From a virus: 64,000 nucleotides of DNA. This document shows positions 17,960-27,778 of the stretch, one piece after another. The notes under the pieces were generated by a model. That model had not been told where the DNA came from. It saw only the letters and a program-made list of their open reading frames with translations, and ran no database searches. The position numbers and the translations under genes are program-made. The DNA lies in the IMG/VR virus record IMGVR_UViG_3300010399_000036, positions 1 through 64,000 of that record; one strand, 5' to 3'. The number at the start of each line of letters is the position of its first letter. Within the stretch, counting starts at the first letter, position 1.

Positions 17960-18328
17960 TTGGCGAAAATCGTACATGATGATGTCTTAGATGGCGCGTG
18001 GGATGTGCTGGACCAAGCGGACTTGATGACCGTTTGCGCCGGGCAGCCAACCACACGCACGGAGGCGGTGACGACTTTTAAGCTTGCAGACACCGCTATG
18101 ACGCCAAACACGGACTATACCAAAGCAAACGGGACTACCTCGGGGCGTAAGGTGACAACGGCGGCAAAGAGCGCTGTACCTGTTGACACGTCAGGCACGG
18201 CTGATCACGTTGCTTGGGTTGACGCTACCCGGTTGCTCTATGTGACGACTTGTACTTCACAAGTACTCACGGCGGGAAATAACGTGAACATTCCGGCCGT
18301 CTCGATGGAAATAGCAGATCCGACCTAA
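17960..18328 (+). CDS. fibre-module structural protein
   Basis: GGAGGT SD with TTG start; MAK.VHDDVLDGA...GTADHVA...VLTAGN type that precedes phage fibres. Confidence 0.7.
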   Translation: MAKIVHDDVLDGAWDVLDQADLMTVCAGQPTTRTEAVTTFKLADTAMTPNTDYTKANGTTSGRKVTTAAKSAVPVDTSGTADHVAWVDATRLLYVTTCTSQVLTAGNNVNIPAVSMEIADPT

Positions 18329-18368
18329 AAAGCGGCTGCCGAGAGTGCGATAATCACAACCTCGAATT

Positions 18369-18396
18369 AAGGCTCGGCGCACAGTCGAGCCTTTTG
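18369..18396 (+). terminator. intrinsic terminator-like hairpin
   Basis: AAGGCTCGGC-GCACA-GTCGAGCCTTTT. Confidence 0.6.
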
Positions 18397-18406
18397 TGTA
18401 CACATC

Positions 18407-21346
18407 ATGGCAGTCTCATTTCGTGTTACAGGTACATGGGCAGAGCTAATCGCCGATGGCTCTGTTGCGATTCCCGCGACTCCACAAGCAGGCGATCGGA
18501 TGTACCTGTTTGCGCGCTGGAAAGATTTCTCGATTACTGCGCAAGTTACCTCACCAGCAGGCTGGACTGAATTAGTAGAGTTTGCTGACGGCTCAACCAG
18601 TTCTGGCAATGGGACGGGCTCTGTGAAAGTTGCTTGTTGGTATCGAGACTGGCAATCCGGAGACACAGACCCGACCATCGACTTTTCTGCAAGCCCAACT
18701 ACAGCAAGCGCCGTAATCATGGTAATGGCGAAAGCTGCGTCTGATTCGTGGCTAACTCCTGTCGCCGTTACTGCGGCAATGACGAATTGGACCACCTCTT
18801 CACAAACTGTTTCAGCAAGTTCTACGGCTAACGTTCTTGGCGGCGGAGTCGTCATGGGGCTGATCGGCATCCGTGATGACACTGCGACGATGACGCGGCC
18901 CACTAACGGGATTGACGATTCAGCCGGGGCTATTACATGGAATGGAAACTATGTCGAATCTCCTGCAACACATCACTCGACTACTACGGGTGATGATGGC
19001 GCGGCAGACCTCGGTTATCGGTTGGTAAGCGCGGGAGCAACCGCAACCCTACGCATGACAGGAACGATCTCCGCGGCAGAAACAGGAGCAGCGTTGTGGG
19101 TAGTTCAGGGTGTGGAAGCGAATCTCACTGTTCAGAATTCCAGTCACGCACATGCCGCAGCCAATGTCTCACTGACTCAGGTTCATTCGCTTGTGGTTGC
19201 TAATGCTAGTCATGCGCAGGCTGTCGGCAACATAACTCTCACGCAGGTCCATGGCATTGTTGTGCAAAACGCTTCTCACGCACATACCGCAGGCAGTCCC
19301 ACGTTGACAGAGGTTTCTAATCTGACAGTTCAAAACAGTAGTCATGCTCACTCTGTTGAATCACTCACGCTTACTCAAGTTCATGCCCTGACAGTAGCGA
19401 ACGCGACACATTCACACATAGCGCAAAGTCCGAATGCGCGTACATTCCAAATCACCTGGCTCGACCCCGGTGGTGATGCGGTACAAGCAACAGGGTACTT
19501 CAACAATGTGATTACCGGGGCGGTGAGCTACGACGCCACGCACCAAGTTGCTGGAGTTGGTTCGTGGAAGTTTGACTCCGACACTGGGGCAGCGGCTTAT
19601 GTCGAAGTGCTGGGAGTGCTGGACGCTAACCGTCGCATTAGCTTCTACTGGCGCTATGACTCGGTGCCGGATCATACGGAGACGAAGACGGAGTTTGCGG
19701 ACACTAGCACCGTACAGGACTATTCGGGTGGTGGGTTTAGTCTCCCCGGCGGTAGTAATAGCTGGAATGTTGATAACGGGGTGTATCACACTGCAACCCC
19801 AGCGAAGAACTCCGGTCAGGGAAATATTTGTACGTTTGCTGCTCTTGATGGCGGTGTCCCACTCTCCGCCGTCATCGACTCGGTAAAGATCATCTATGAG
19901 CGCAAGTTCGATGTGAACACCTCTATCGGCATCTCGCGTGTAAAGACGCGCATTGATGGCGTGGAAGGCCCGAACTATGACAACACCGACATGCCGCTGG
20001 TGGATACAGTCGTCACCGTTGACATCACCGCTGAACGGGCGTGGACGCCGCCAGACTTTGCCGCTGACGTGTTTGAAGTGATCGCCGAAGCTCGCCGTGG
20101 TGACACTGACACCGCCCACACACAAAGTTGGGACTACGTGAAAGTGGAGGTTGTGTATCACTTGCCAGTGGGAATCATCACAGCAAATGATGGTCTAAGC
20201 GGCGACGAAGGGTGGCGTATTGCAGTCACTCCAAAGGGCGATGGCGTAGTGTTGAGACTTGTCGAAGGTGACTTTAACGCTGGACAGGGAGCGGGCTATG
20301 ACGGAATTACTGAACTACTTGCAAATACACCTTATAGAATCGGCATCGGCTATGTAGTCCACGGTGCTGATGACCTAGAAGTAAAGCTATACATCAACAG
20401 TGTTGAGGAACTCTCAATTGAGGGGGCTGCTACTGCTAGTAGTGACGGCACTCAGTTAACAGCTCTCCGCTACGGCTGGCTCGGCAACCCCGGTGCCGAC
20501 CACCTCACATGGTTCACCCACCTGTACGTTGACGACGGCGACGACCTCACTGACCCCGGCAACAAGCTGACCACGGCTAAACTTCCTGCCTCTGTCAACC
20601 AGAACAACTGGACCACGACAGGTGGGACTGGCGCGGTGGATGAGCGCCCGCTGAGTGAGACGAACTACAAGCGGCACTCAACCGCCATTGGCACCGTGCG
20701 TCAGACCTACACGCTACAGGATGCCGCTACTGGGGATGTGGACATCAGTGGCGAGACGATTGTCGGCTACATGGCATGGGCATGGGTTGAGGCTGACATC
20801 GGAGCGGACAGCGGCTACGTCTACTTAGTTGTTAACGGGGAGGACTATGGTAACGAACTTCTGGACAGTCAGTTTGACGAGGTAGTTTCACTGGTCCGTC
20901 GCGCTGTCACAACAACCGCGTATCCATCCGATGCCGACGGTATTGGGGCGGCCTTGATCGACGTGGAAGATTTCACTGTTGTCATCCTCTACGAATGCGG
21001 CATCGTCGTCTGCTACGAAGGCCCTGACACTGACGACCCGCTGTTCCCGTTGCAACTGCTTGCCTCATCGGCCAGCACCAGCGACGATATGGGTGGAACG
21101 CCCCCTGCTGAATACGAGTTGAAGAACACAGTGCTGCCAGCCGCTGGCGCGGTGATGACGACGACGATTAGTTCCCGGACCGCTGAAGGTGAGGTGCCGC
21201 AACAGCAGGCTATCATCGAGACGCAGGGCGGTGACGAGACAGGGATAGTTGTCATCAGTCCCGGCGTGGAGGTAAGCGTAGACATCGACGTATCCGGCAC
21301 CAACACCAGTGTGGAGTTGCGACGAGTGGACCAGACGGTAATCTAG
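18407..21346 (+). CDS. fibre/adhesin-like virion protein with five 22-aa HxH-type repeats and lectin-like domains
   Basis: Beta-rich N-domain (GDRMYL...PAGWT), repeats at ~19121-19435, LamG-like VKLYINSVEELS. Confidence 0.7.
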   Translation: MAVSFRVTGTWAELIADGSVAIPATPQAGDRMYLFARWKDFSITAQVTSPAGWTELVEFADGSTSSGNGTGSVKVACWYRDWQSGDTDPTIDFSASPTTASAVIMVMAKAASDSWLTPVAVTAAMTNWTTSSQTVSASSTANVLGGGVVMGLIGIRDDTATMTRPTNGIDDSAGAITWNGNYVESPATHHSTTTGDDGAADLGYRLVSAGATATLRMTGTISAAETGAALWVVQGVEANLTVQNSSHAHAAANVSLTQVHSLVVANASHAQAVGNITLTQVHGIVVQNASHAHTAGSPTLTEVSNLTVQNSSHAHSVESLTLTQVHALTVANATHSHIAQSPNARTFQITWLDPGGDAVQATGYFNNVITGAVSYDATHQVAGVGSWKFDSDTGAAAYVEVLGVLDANRRISFYWRYDSVPDHTETKTEFADTSTVQDYSGGGFSLPGGSNSWNVDNGVYHTATPAKNSGQGNICTFAALDGGVPLSAVIDSVKIIYERKFDVNTSIGISRVKTRIDGVEGPNYDNTDMPLVDTVVTVDITAERAWTPPDFAADVFEVIAEARRGDTDTAHTQSWDYVKVEVVYHLPVGIITANDGLSGDEGWRIAVTPKGDGVVLRLVEGDFNAGQGAGYDGITELLANTPYRIGIGYVVHGADDLEVKLYINSVEELSIEGAATASSDGTQLTALRYGWLGNPGADHLTWFTHLYVDDGDDLTDPGNKLTTAKLPASVNQNNWTTTGGTGAVDERPLSETNYKRHSTAIGTVRQTYTLQDAATGDVDISGETIVGYMAWAWVEADIGADSGYVYLVVNGEDYGNELLDSQFDEVVSLVRRAVTTTAYPSDADGIGAALIDVEDFTVVILYECGIVVCYEGPDTDDPLFPLQLLASSASTSDDMGGTPPAEYELKNTVLPAAGAVMTTTISSRTAEGEVPQQQAIIETQGGDETGIVVISPGVEVSVDIDVSGTNTSVELRRVDQTVI

Positions 21347-21356
21347 GAGAGTAACG

Positions 21357-21632
21357 ATGAGTACTTGGGAACAACGCATGGGCGGTAAAGTGAAGCAGAG
21401 GAAGCGTCAACGCGATAGGGCAAAGCGGTATCGATACGCCTTTGGGCTAGCCCGAATCTACGAACTCGGACCACCACCCCTACCGCCTGAATGTCCACCT
21501 TGTTGCTGGGGTTATCAGTGGTATCAGAATCACTGGGTACTGTTTACCACCTGCGGCTACGACTGGACTGATGACTATTGCTCTCACGAGCATCACCGGA
21601 GTGACTTGCCGCCTTTAGCAATGACGGCTTAG
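21357..21632 (+). CDS. small Cys/His/Trp-rich protein
   Basis: AGGAG SD; lies between the two fibre genes. Confidence 0.55.
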   Translation: MSTWEQRMGGKVKQRKRQRDRAKRYRYAFGLARIYELGPPPLPPECPPCCWGYQWYQNHWVLFTTCGYDWTDDYCSHEHHRSDLPPLAMTA

Positions 21633-21639
21633 CACGAAT

Positions 21640-24450
21640 GTGGCAAACCCAACCGTCTTCAACGCCATAGCAACCAACCCCGGCGGTACGGGTTCCACTA
21701 TCACTGTCACGCTCTCCACCCACGCGGTCGGCGACCTGCTCATCATCTATGTCGCCAACACCGGCAACGTGCTGTGGACTGGCAACCCCACCGGCTGGTC
21801 CCGCATCGACCAGCGCACTGTCGGCACCTCCACCAACGGCATCGTCGGCACCTGGCTGTGGCGTAAGGTGGTGTCAGGCGACACTCTGCCACTCACCAAC
21901 CCACAGTGCACCCTCGGTGCCACCGTCACGCGCCTCGCTACTTGTCGCACCATTCGCGGCGCAGACCTCGAATCACCGTTCGTCACCCCCAACTACGGCC
22001 AGCGCGGCTTCAGCACCGGGACATCGAACCCTGCTCGTCCACCGACGGTGGTTACTTCAGCGCCAGAGATGCTCGCCCTGCACTGCTACGGCTCACGTGC
22101 AGCCACCAACGCGCCTGACCCGTCTGGCTACACCGCAGACGCAGAGGCGATAGCCAGCGGAACATTAGTAATTAACGCCGCCAGTCAGGTAATCGCCGAC
22201 CAGAACACCAGTCTCAGTAATCAGGATGCGTCACCCACCAGCGGCGCACGCTGGGCCTCAGGCATCATCTGCATTCCAAGCAAGGATTACCCCTACTCTC
22301 GTGCCGGGTCACAAGGCAGCCAGCTCAACGGCACCAGCGTGAACGTCACCTTGCCCACTGGAACCACCAGCAGCGATGTCAACGGCAATAAAGACTTGAT
22401 TATCGCCACAGTCGAGGCAGTCGGTACAGCCCCGTCACCCAACAGCCCCGGCGACTGGACTGAAGTTGGCGGCGCGTGGTCAGGAACCACCTCCGGCGGT
22501 GCAACCACCATCCGCAAATACTGGGCACTGTACGATGGCTCAATAGACGCTCGGTTCAACCGCACTGGGTCAGGGGAAATCAGCGCCTGCCTCACGACCT
22601 ACTACAACTGCCATCAGACTGCGCCGGTGGGATTGTCTGACGCCGATGCTCGCGCTTCATCAACCACTTCGACCTGGGACGCGGTATCACGGAGTTTTAC
22701 GCACAGTCTTGTGCAAGCCACTTGTGTTGCCGATGCTGTCCCAACCTTCACTGCCCCTGCTGGATGGACCGAGCGCATGGATGGATTAGGCATTGCCTGC
22801 GCTGATCAAACCTTCAACGCCACGGGTTCCACGGCGAGCGCGTCGTTCACGCTCTCGACTGCCAGTCCGACGCTGGTGGGTCTGGTGGAGATTAAGAGTC
22901 CAACCGGGGTTGGGTCGATCGATCTGATAATACAGAACGCGGCGCACTCACACACGGCTGCTAATGCAGTGCTCACCCAAGTCCATGCTTTAGTAATCGC
23001 TAACGCTGCTCACAGTCACTCAGCGGGGAATATCGCCTTAACTCAAGTTCACGAGCTCGCGGTTCAGAATAGTCTCCACTCGCACTCAGCAACCAGCCCA
23101 GTAGTCACACAAGTCCACGCACTTACGGTTCAAGGCGGCCCACATGCTCACACCGCTGAAAGTCCAACACTGACTCAAATCCATGTGTTGAGCGTGGCGA
23201 GCGGTGTTCATTCGCACTCCAGTGAGAATGCGGTGCTGGTGCAGGCTCATCAATTGACAGTGAGTAGCGCGACTCACGATCACACCGCTGAGAGCATCGC
23301 GCTTACGCAGACTTACAACTTAACTATCGCATCGGGAACTCATGCACACTCCAGCGAGAACGTAAGCATAGTCATTGTGTTGGGTGTAGACGCAGCGACT
23401 CACGGCCATCTTGCGCAGAATGTTGACCTAACGCAGGTCCACGAACTTGTCGTCGCAAACGGTGCCCATGCGCATATCGCCGAATCGCCTGCCTTAACAC
23501 AAACCCACGCGATACAGGTTGACGATACAAGTCATGCCCATGTGGCAGATTCCACGACCCTGACCCAGGTTCATATCCTGACGGTTGCGGACGCGGTTAA
23601 CGGTCACACGGCAGCCAGTTTAAGCCTTATCCAGGTCCACGAGCTCGCCGTCGCCGACAGTGCGCACAGTCACGCAGCCCAGTCGGTCGCGCTCGTTCAG
23701 GAACACGCGCTGCAACCTGCCGACGCGAGCCACGCGCAGACTGCGGACTCGCCAACACTCACACAGGTTCACGCCCTGTCAGTTGCCGATGCTACTCACG
23801 GACACTCTGCTGCGTCTCCATCTCTAACCCAGTCCCACGAACTGGTTGTCGCTTCGACTTTGCATGGACATAGCGCAGAGAATGCCGACGTGAATCAGGC
23901 TGCCGTTTTGGTTCTCCAGAATGCGACCCATGAGCATTCGGCTGAAACGGTAGGGTTAACACAGGCGCATCTGATCGCCATTGATGACGGAGCCCACGCC
24001 CACACAGCCGAACACCAGGTGCTCACTCAGATCCATAACCTTACGATACATAACAGTGCTCACGAGCATTTAACTTCGAGTGTTGTTCTTAGTGCTGCGA
24101 CTGACCTGATAGTAAGCGACGGTGCGCATAGTCATACGGCGGACGGTTTGTCGTTGACACAAACTCAGAACCTAAGCCTCCAATCAGCGGTACACTCACA
24201 TTCGGCTGATGATCTTGCTATTTCTCAGGCCCATGGCTTAGCTATTGAGAGCGCAAGCCACGGTCACGTAGCACAAAACGTAGTTTTAGGTTTAGCAAAC
24301 GCTCTTGTTATTTCCAATTCAGTTCATGGACACACGACAAGTGGTGTCTTATTGGTGTGGCCGATACCGATCGATATGTACGTGATACCCGAGAGTTCGC
24401 AGTTCATGACGATACCGACTTCAAGCCAGATTTTTCAGATTGATCGGTAG
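21640..24450 (+). CDS. fibre-like virion protein: two tandem beta domains plus 22 HxH-type repeats
   Basis: GDLLII...PTGW and PAGWT domains, then a 22-aa repeat over ~22933-24340. Confidence 0.75.
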   Translation: MANPTVFNAIATNPGGTGSTITVTLSTHAVGDLLIIYVANTGNVLWTGNPTGWSRIDQRTVGTSTNGIVGTWLWRKVVSGDTLPLTNPQCTLGATVTRLATCRTIRGADLESPFVTPNYGQRGFSTGTSNPARPPTVVTSAPEMLALHCYGSRAATNAPDPSGYTADAEAIASGTLVINAASQVIADQNTSLSNQDASPTSGARWASGIICIPSKDYPYSRAGSQGSQLNGTSVNVTLPTGTTSSDVNGNKDLIIATVEAVGTAPSPNSPGDWTEVGGAWSGTTSGGATTIRKYWALYDGSIDARFNRTGSGEISACLTTYYNCHQTAPVGLSDADARASSTTSTWDAVSRSFTHSLVQATCVADAVPTFTAPAGWTERMDGLGIACADQTFNATGSTASASFTLSTASPTLVGLVEIKSPTGVGSIDLIIQNAAHSHTAANAVLTQVHALVIANAAHSHSAGNIALTQVHELAVQNSLHSHSATSPVVTQVHALTVQGGPHAHTAESPTLTQIHVLSVASGVHSHSSENAVLVQAHQLTVSSATHDHTAESIALTQTYNLTIASGTHAHSSENVSIVIVLGVDAATHGHLAQNVDLTQVHELVVANGAHAHIAESPALTQTHAIQVDDTSHAHVADSTTLTQVHILTVADAVNGHTAASLSLIQVHELAVADSAHSHAAQSVALVQEHALQPADASHAQTADSPTLTQVHALSVADATHGHSAASPSLTQSHELVVASTLHGHSAENADVNQAAVLVLQNATHEHSAETVGLTQAHLIAIDDGAHAHTAEHQVLTQIHNLTIHNSAHEHLTSSVVLSAATDLIVSDGAHSHTADGLSLTQTQNLSLQSAVHSHSADDLAISQAHGLAIESASHGHVAQNVVLGLANALVISNSVHGHTTSGVLLVWPIPIDMYVIPESSQFMTIPTSSQIFQIDR

Positions 24451-24456
24451 ATTTAT

Positions 24457-24744
24457 ATGGCAGAAGGAACGAGAGTTGATCCCTATATTAAAGACCCGGA
24501 TTCAATACGGACTTTCGGCATAGATTGGGCGGCGTTTCTGGGTACGCTAACTTTCAACACTTCCCTATGGACGGTCACGACAGGGTCGGTGGCGATTGAC
24601 TCAAACACAACCAATACAACGTTTTCACTGGTGAAATTAAGTGGGGGCACGGTTGGTGAAAAGTGCGCACTACGAAATCGCGTAACCAGGTCAGACGGAG
24701 AGAGAGACGATCAAACCATCTACGTGAAGATAAAGGAAAAGTGA
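24457..24744 (+). CDS. fibre-tail adaptor-type protein
   Basis: KDPDS...FGIDW...LSGGTVG....LRNRVT.SDG..DDQT. Confidence 0.75.
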   Translation: MAEGTRVDPYIKDPDSIRTFGIDWAAFLGTLTFNTSLWTVTTGSVAIDSNTTNTTFSLVKLSGGTVGEKCALRNRVTRSDGERDDQTIYVKIKEK

Positions 24745-24748
24745 GCGA

Positions 24749-24901
24749 GTGAATTGGGCTGGTTTCATACTAGGTTTTACGATTGGGAGCCTGGCAACGC
24801 TCTTAGTGGTCCGTGTAGTCGTCTTGTGGAAAGCATATATGAAGATAATGCGCGACACGATACTAAATTTAAGGAAAGCAGTGAGCGACCTTGAGAGCTA
24901 G
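24749..24901 (+). CDS. small membrane protein (not in ORF track)
   Basis: MNWAGFILGFTIGSLATLLVV..., one TM followed by a helix. Confidence 0.5.
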   Translation: MNWAGFILGFTIGSLATLLVVRVVVLWKAYMKIMRDTILNLRKAVSDLES

Positions 24902-24904
24902 GAA

Positions 24905-25405
24905 GTGAAAAAGGCCAGCAAAAATGACAGGTCCGCACAGGCGGGAGACAGCAATAAGCGGACATCCCGCGTACAGCTTAAAAAGGCTGAAGAGTTTCTT
25001 GATGTGTTGCGTCAAACCGGGGGAAACGTAAGTCGGGCATGTGCTGCTATTTCGCTAACTCGCTCGCGGGCTTATGAATGGCGCACTGCTGACCCTCTAT
25101 TTGCGGCCGCGTGGGACGAAGCGGTGGAGTTGGGAACGGACGAACTCGAAGAAGAGGCCAGGCGACGAGCATTTAGTGGCGTTGATGAGCCCGTATTCTA
25201 TCAAGGTGAAGTTTGCGGCGAGGTTCGGAAATACTCAGACACGCTTCTAATCTTCTTGCTTAAGGGACGTCGGCCCGACAAGTACCGTGAGAGAGTTACG
25301 ATAGATGTCAACCAACTTGACTCCGATATTGAGCGGGAACTGGCGCTCATTGCCGCCGGAAGCAAAGCAGATCCTTCTGGAGAAGCTGAAGAAGCGATCC
25401 ACTAA
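24905..25405 (+). CDS. terS: terminase small subunit
   Basis: GNVSRAC...AYEWR..DP.FAAAWDEA...LEEEARRRA..G...YSDTLLIFLLK..RPDKY. Confidence 0.9.
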   Translation: MKKASKNDRSAQAGDSNKRTSRVQLKKAEEFLDVLRQTGGNVSRACAAISLTRSRAYEWRTADPLFAAAWDEAVELGTDELEEEARRRAFSGVDEPVFYQGEVCGEVRKYSDTLLIFLLKGRRPDKYRERVTIDVNQLDSDIERELALIAAGSKADPSGEAEEAIH

Positions 25406-26723
25406 TTCCCTATCGCTCAGTGCTCCAGAGTTCCGTGGAGCAAACCTTGAAATACAGTCATACACCGGCACGGAGTACATGCTTGCCGGCCCTGCCGAAA
25501 CCGGAAAGACGTGGGCAACCTTATGGCGTCTTAATGGCCTGCTGAGCGCAACTCCCCACGCTTCCGGTGCTCTTGTTCGCAAGGTCGCCGCCGACATTAA
25601 CCCCACGGTCCTCGTCACATACAAAAAACTCGTTGTGGCAAGCGCTAGCCGATCCATTCCATACGGAGGCGAGAAGCCGGAATGGTTCGACTACCCGAAC
25701 GGGGCACGTCTTTACATTGGCGGCATGGACAGGCCCGGAAAAGTGCTATCTGGTGAGCGTGATTTTATATATGTCAATCAAGCGGAGGAGTTAACGCTTG
25801 ACGATTGGGAAGTTCTATCTACACGGTGTACAGGGCGAGGGGCCGTCACGTCTACACCAATGCTTTTCGGAGATTGTAACCCTGGTCCGGAGGATCACTG
25901 GATTTTAAAGCGTGTGCCGCTCAAGGTGTTCCATTCGAGGCACGAAGACAACCCGTCACTTTATGATAGTGAGGGTAATCTTACGGAGCAGGGCAAGCGC
26001 TCAATGAGCAAGCTCGACGCGCTCACTGGGGTCCGCCGCAGTCGCCTTCGGTTAGGGCTGTGGGTCGGCGCGGAAGGACTGTTTTTTGAGGAATGGGACG
26101 AGGACTTGCACGTCTGCGAGCCGTTCAGTATTCCGGGTGACTGGCCCGTCTGGGGATCGTTGGATTACGGTTTTGCGCATCCCACGGCATTCGGTCTATT
26201 CACCGAAGATAATGACGGTCGTATCTACTTAATCGGTGAACACGTTAGATCTGGATGGTTGCCGCCAGCGCATTGTAAGGCGATCCGGCGCTTAGCCGAG
26301 CGTTGCGGTATTGAGTGGCGGAGAGTAAGACAGATCGTAGCTGGGCACGATTGCTTTCAGCAACGCGGAGACCGCGAGGCTAAAACAATTGCCGACCAAT
26401 ACGCAGAGGCGCGCGATCCCGACACGGGAGAGGCAATCGGCCTAAGACTCGAAAAGGCTACTATTGATCGGATAACCGGCGCACAAGAACTATTAAGCCG
26501 GTTAGGTAACGCGGCCGTCGGAATTGCGTCGCGGCTAAAACTGTTCTCAACTTGCACACGTACCAGAGCGGCGATACCCCGCATGGTAAAAGATCCGCGT
26601 GACCCTGAAGATATTCGGAAAGTAAACGCCGACGCTAACGGAGAAGGCGGCGACGATGAAATCGACATGTTGAGGTACGGCGTAATGGTCACGAAACCCA
26701 ACGACCGCATCTTGTACGCCTAA
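25305..26723 (+). CDS. terL: terminase large subunit
   Basis: Walker A GPAETGKT, DCNP, nuclease LDYGFAHP and DDEIDMLRY. Confidence 0.93.
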   Translation: MSTNLTPILSGNWRSLPPEAKQILLEKLKKRSTNSLSLSAPEFRGANLEIQSYTGTEYMLAGPAETGKTWATLWRLNGLLSATPHASGALVRKVAADINPTVLVTYKKLVVASASRSIPYGGEKPEWFDYPNGARLYIGGMDRPGKVLSGERDFIYVNQAEELTLDDWEVLSTRCTGRGAVTSTPMLFGDCNPGPEDHWILKRVPLKVFHSRHEDNPSLYDSEGNLTEQGKRSMSKLDALTGVRRSRLRLGLWVGAEGLFFEEWDEDLHVCEPFSIPGDWPVWGSLDYGFAHPTAFGLFTEDNDGRIYLIGEHVRSGWLPPAHCKAIRRLAERCGIEWRRVRQIVAGHDCFQQRGDREAKTIADQYAEARDPDTGEAIGLRLEKATIDRITGAQELLSRLGNAAVGIASRLKLFSTCTRTRAAIPRMVKDPRDPEDIRKVNADANGEGGDDEIDMLRYGVMVTKPNDRILYA

Positions 26724-26773
26724 AGTGTAGGATTCTAGTAGCGTAACCTCTACAGGTATCCTATAATCTCTAC

Positions 26774-27031
26774 ATGCCAAAACGGGTTCCCGAAGAGGCG
26801 AAGCGAGTCGCGCTGAACTGCCTGGTGCTTCCAGAGACAAAGCGGTTTCTTGCAGAACAGGAGTGTTCGCAGGGCGAGGCCGTAGATCGCGCCGTTGCCG
26901 CACTGCGAACGCTGCCCAAGCCCTTTGTTGATGGAATGCTTAATCAGGGGCGCGGAAATCAAGATCCGAAAGTGCCAATGTGGAGACAGATCAAGCCTCC
27001 GATACTAAAGCCGAGCGAGAAGAAGAGATGA
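26774..27031 (+). CDS. ribbon-helix-helix-like DNA-binding protein (moron, leaderless)
   Basis: RVALNCLV strand, then PETKRFL and SQGEAVDRAV helices; TATAAT at 26762. Confidence 0.55.
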   Translation: MPKRVPEEAKRVALNCLVLPETKRFLAEQECSQGEAVDRAVAALRTLPKPFVDGMLNQGRGNQDPKVPMWRQIKPPILKPSEKKR

Positions 27032-27540
27032 AAACACAACACGATTATCCACGCGACGAGCAAATCAAGGGTCTAAAGGCGATCATTGCCTTTCTCGAAG
27101 CCAACCCCGAGTTTGATATACCCGAAGGTATGGGCGAGTGCCTAGTGCGAACGCTACCGCGTCAGAATCGCGGCGAACTGAAGGACAAGCAGAGCATTGC
27201 TGAGTGGTTTCGGAAGCAAGTTGAAATCTTACAGCCAGACCAGATTTTCTCAGGAACGGACTTCGATGCCATTAAAGACTTTGGCGCTGGCACAAGGATC
27301 GTTGTCCATGTCAGCGCGTCTGCGGTTTGCGAGAAGACGGTGGAGACAAAAACAATCAATCAACCCGTGACTGTTGAGGAAGCCACATGGCACACTCCGG
27401 CGACATTGATCGAAATTGGGTTCGTTGCTGATCAAGAAGAGCTGCGCGAGCGAGAAGTCTCGTACAAACAGTTTATGTCTGGCACCGGGTATTCACCAAT
27501 CCGACCACCGAAGTCGGATAGACCAAATCCGGCAACCTAG
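27028..27540 (+). CDS. hypothetical moron protein
   Basis: ATGA-coupled to the RHH gene. Confidence 0.6.
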   Translation: MKTQHDYPRDEQIKGLKAIIAFLEANPEFDIPEGMGECLVRTLPRQNRGELKDKQSIAEWFRKQVEILQPDQIFSGTDFDAIKDFGAGTRIVVHVSASAVCEKTVETKTINQPVTVEEATWHTPATLIEIGFVADQEELREREVSYKQFMSGTGYSPIRPPKSDRPNPAT

Positions 27541-27566
27541 TAGCGTAAGGGGTTATAATTCAGGGT

Positions 27567-27737
27567 ATGGAAACTATAGGCGCACTGGTTGGGTTGTTGA
27601 TAGTCGCATTTAACCTCGTAGATGCTCTGGTCTATCGACGGCGATTCTTGGGCGTGAGCATGCTACTCGCGGTCGGCTATCTATTAGCCAGTGCTGTTTA
27701 TGGTGCTTGGTGGATTAAGAACCACCTTTGTTATTAG
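27567..27737 (+). CDS. 56-aa two-TM membrane protein (not in ORF track)
   Basis: METIGALVGLLIVAFNL...LLAVGYLLASAVYGAWW; TATAAT at 27554. Confidence 0.6.
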   Translation: METIGALVGLLIVAFNLVDALVYRRRFLGVSMLLAVGYLLASAVYGAWWIKNHLCY

Positions 27738-27778
27738 CCTACAAACGTAAACCTCACAAATAATCTAAATTCTCTTGC

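Noticed and set aside
22933-24340. 66-bp periodicity as a CRISPR array
   Set aside because: There is no constant DNA repeat with unique spacers; the periodicity is at protein level.
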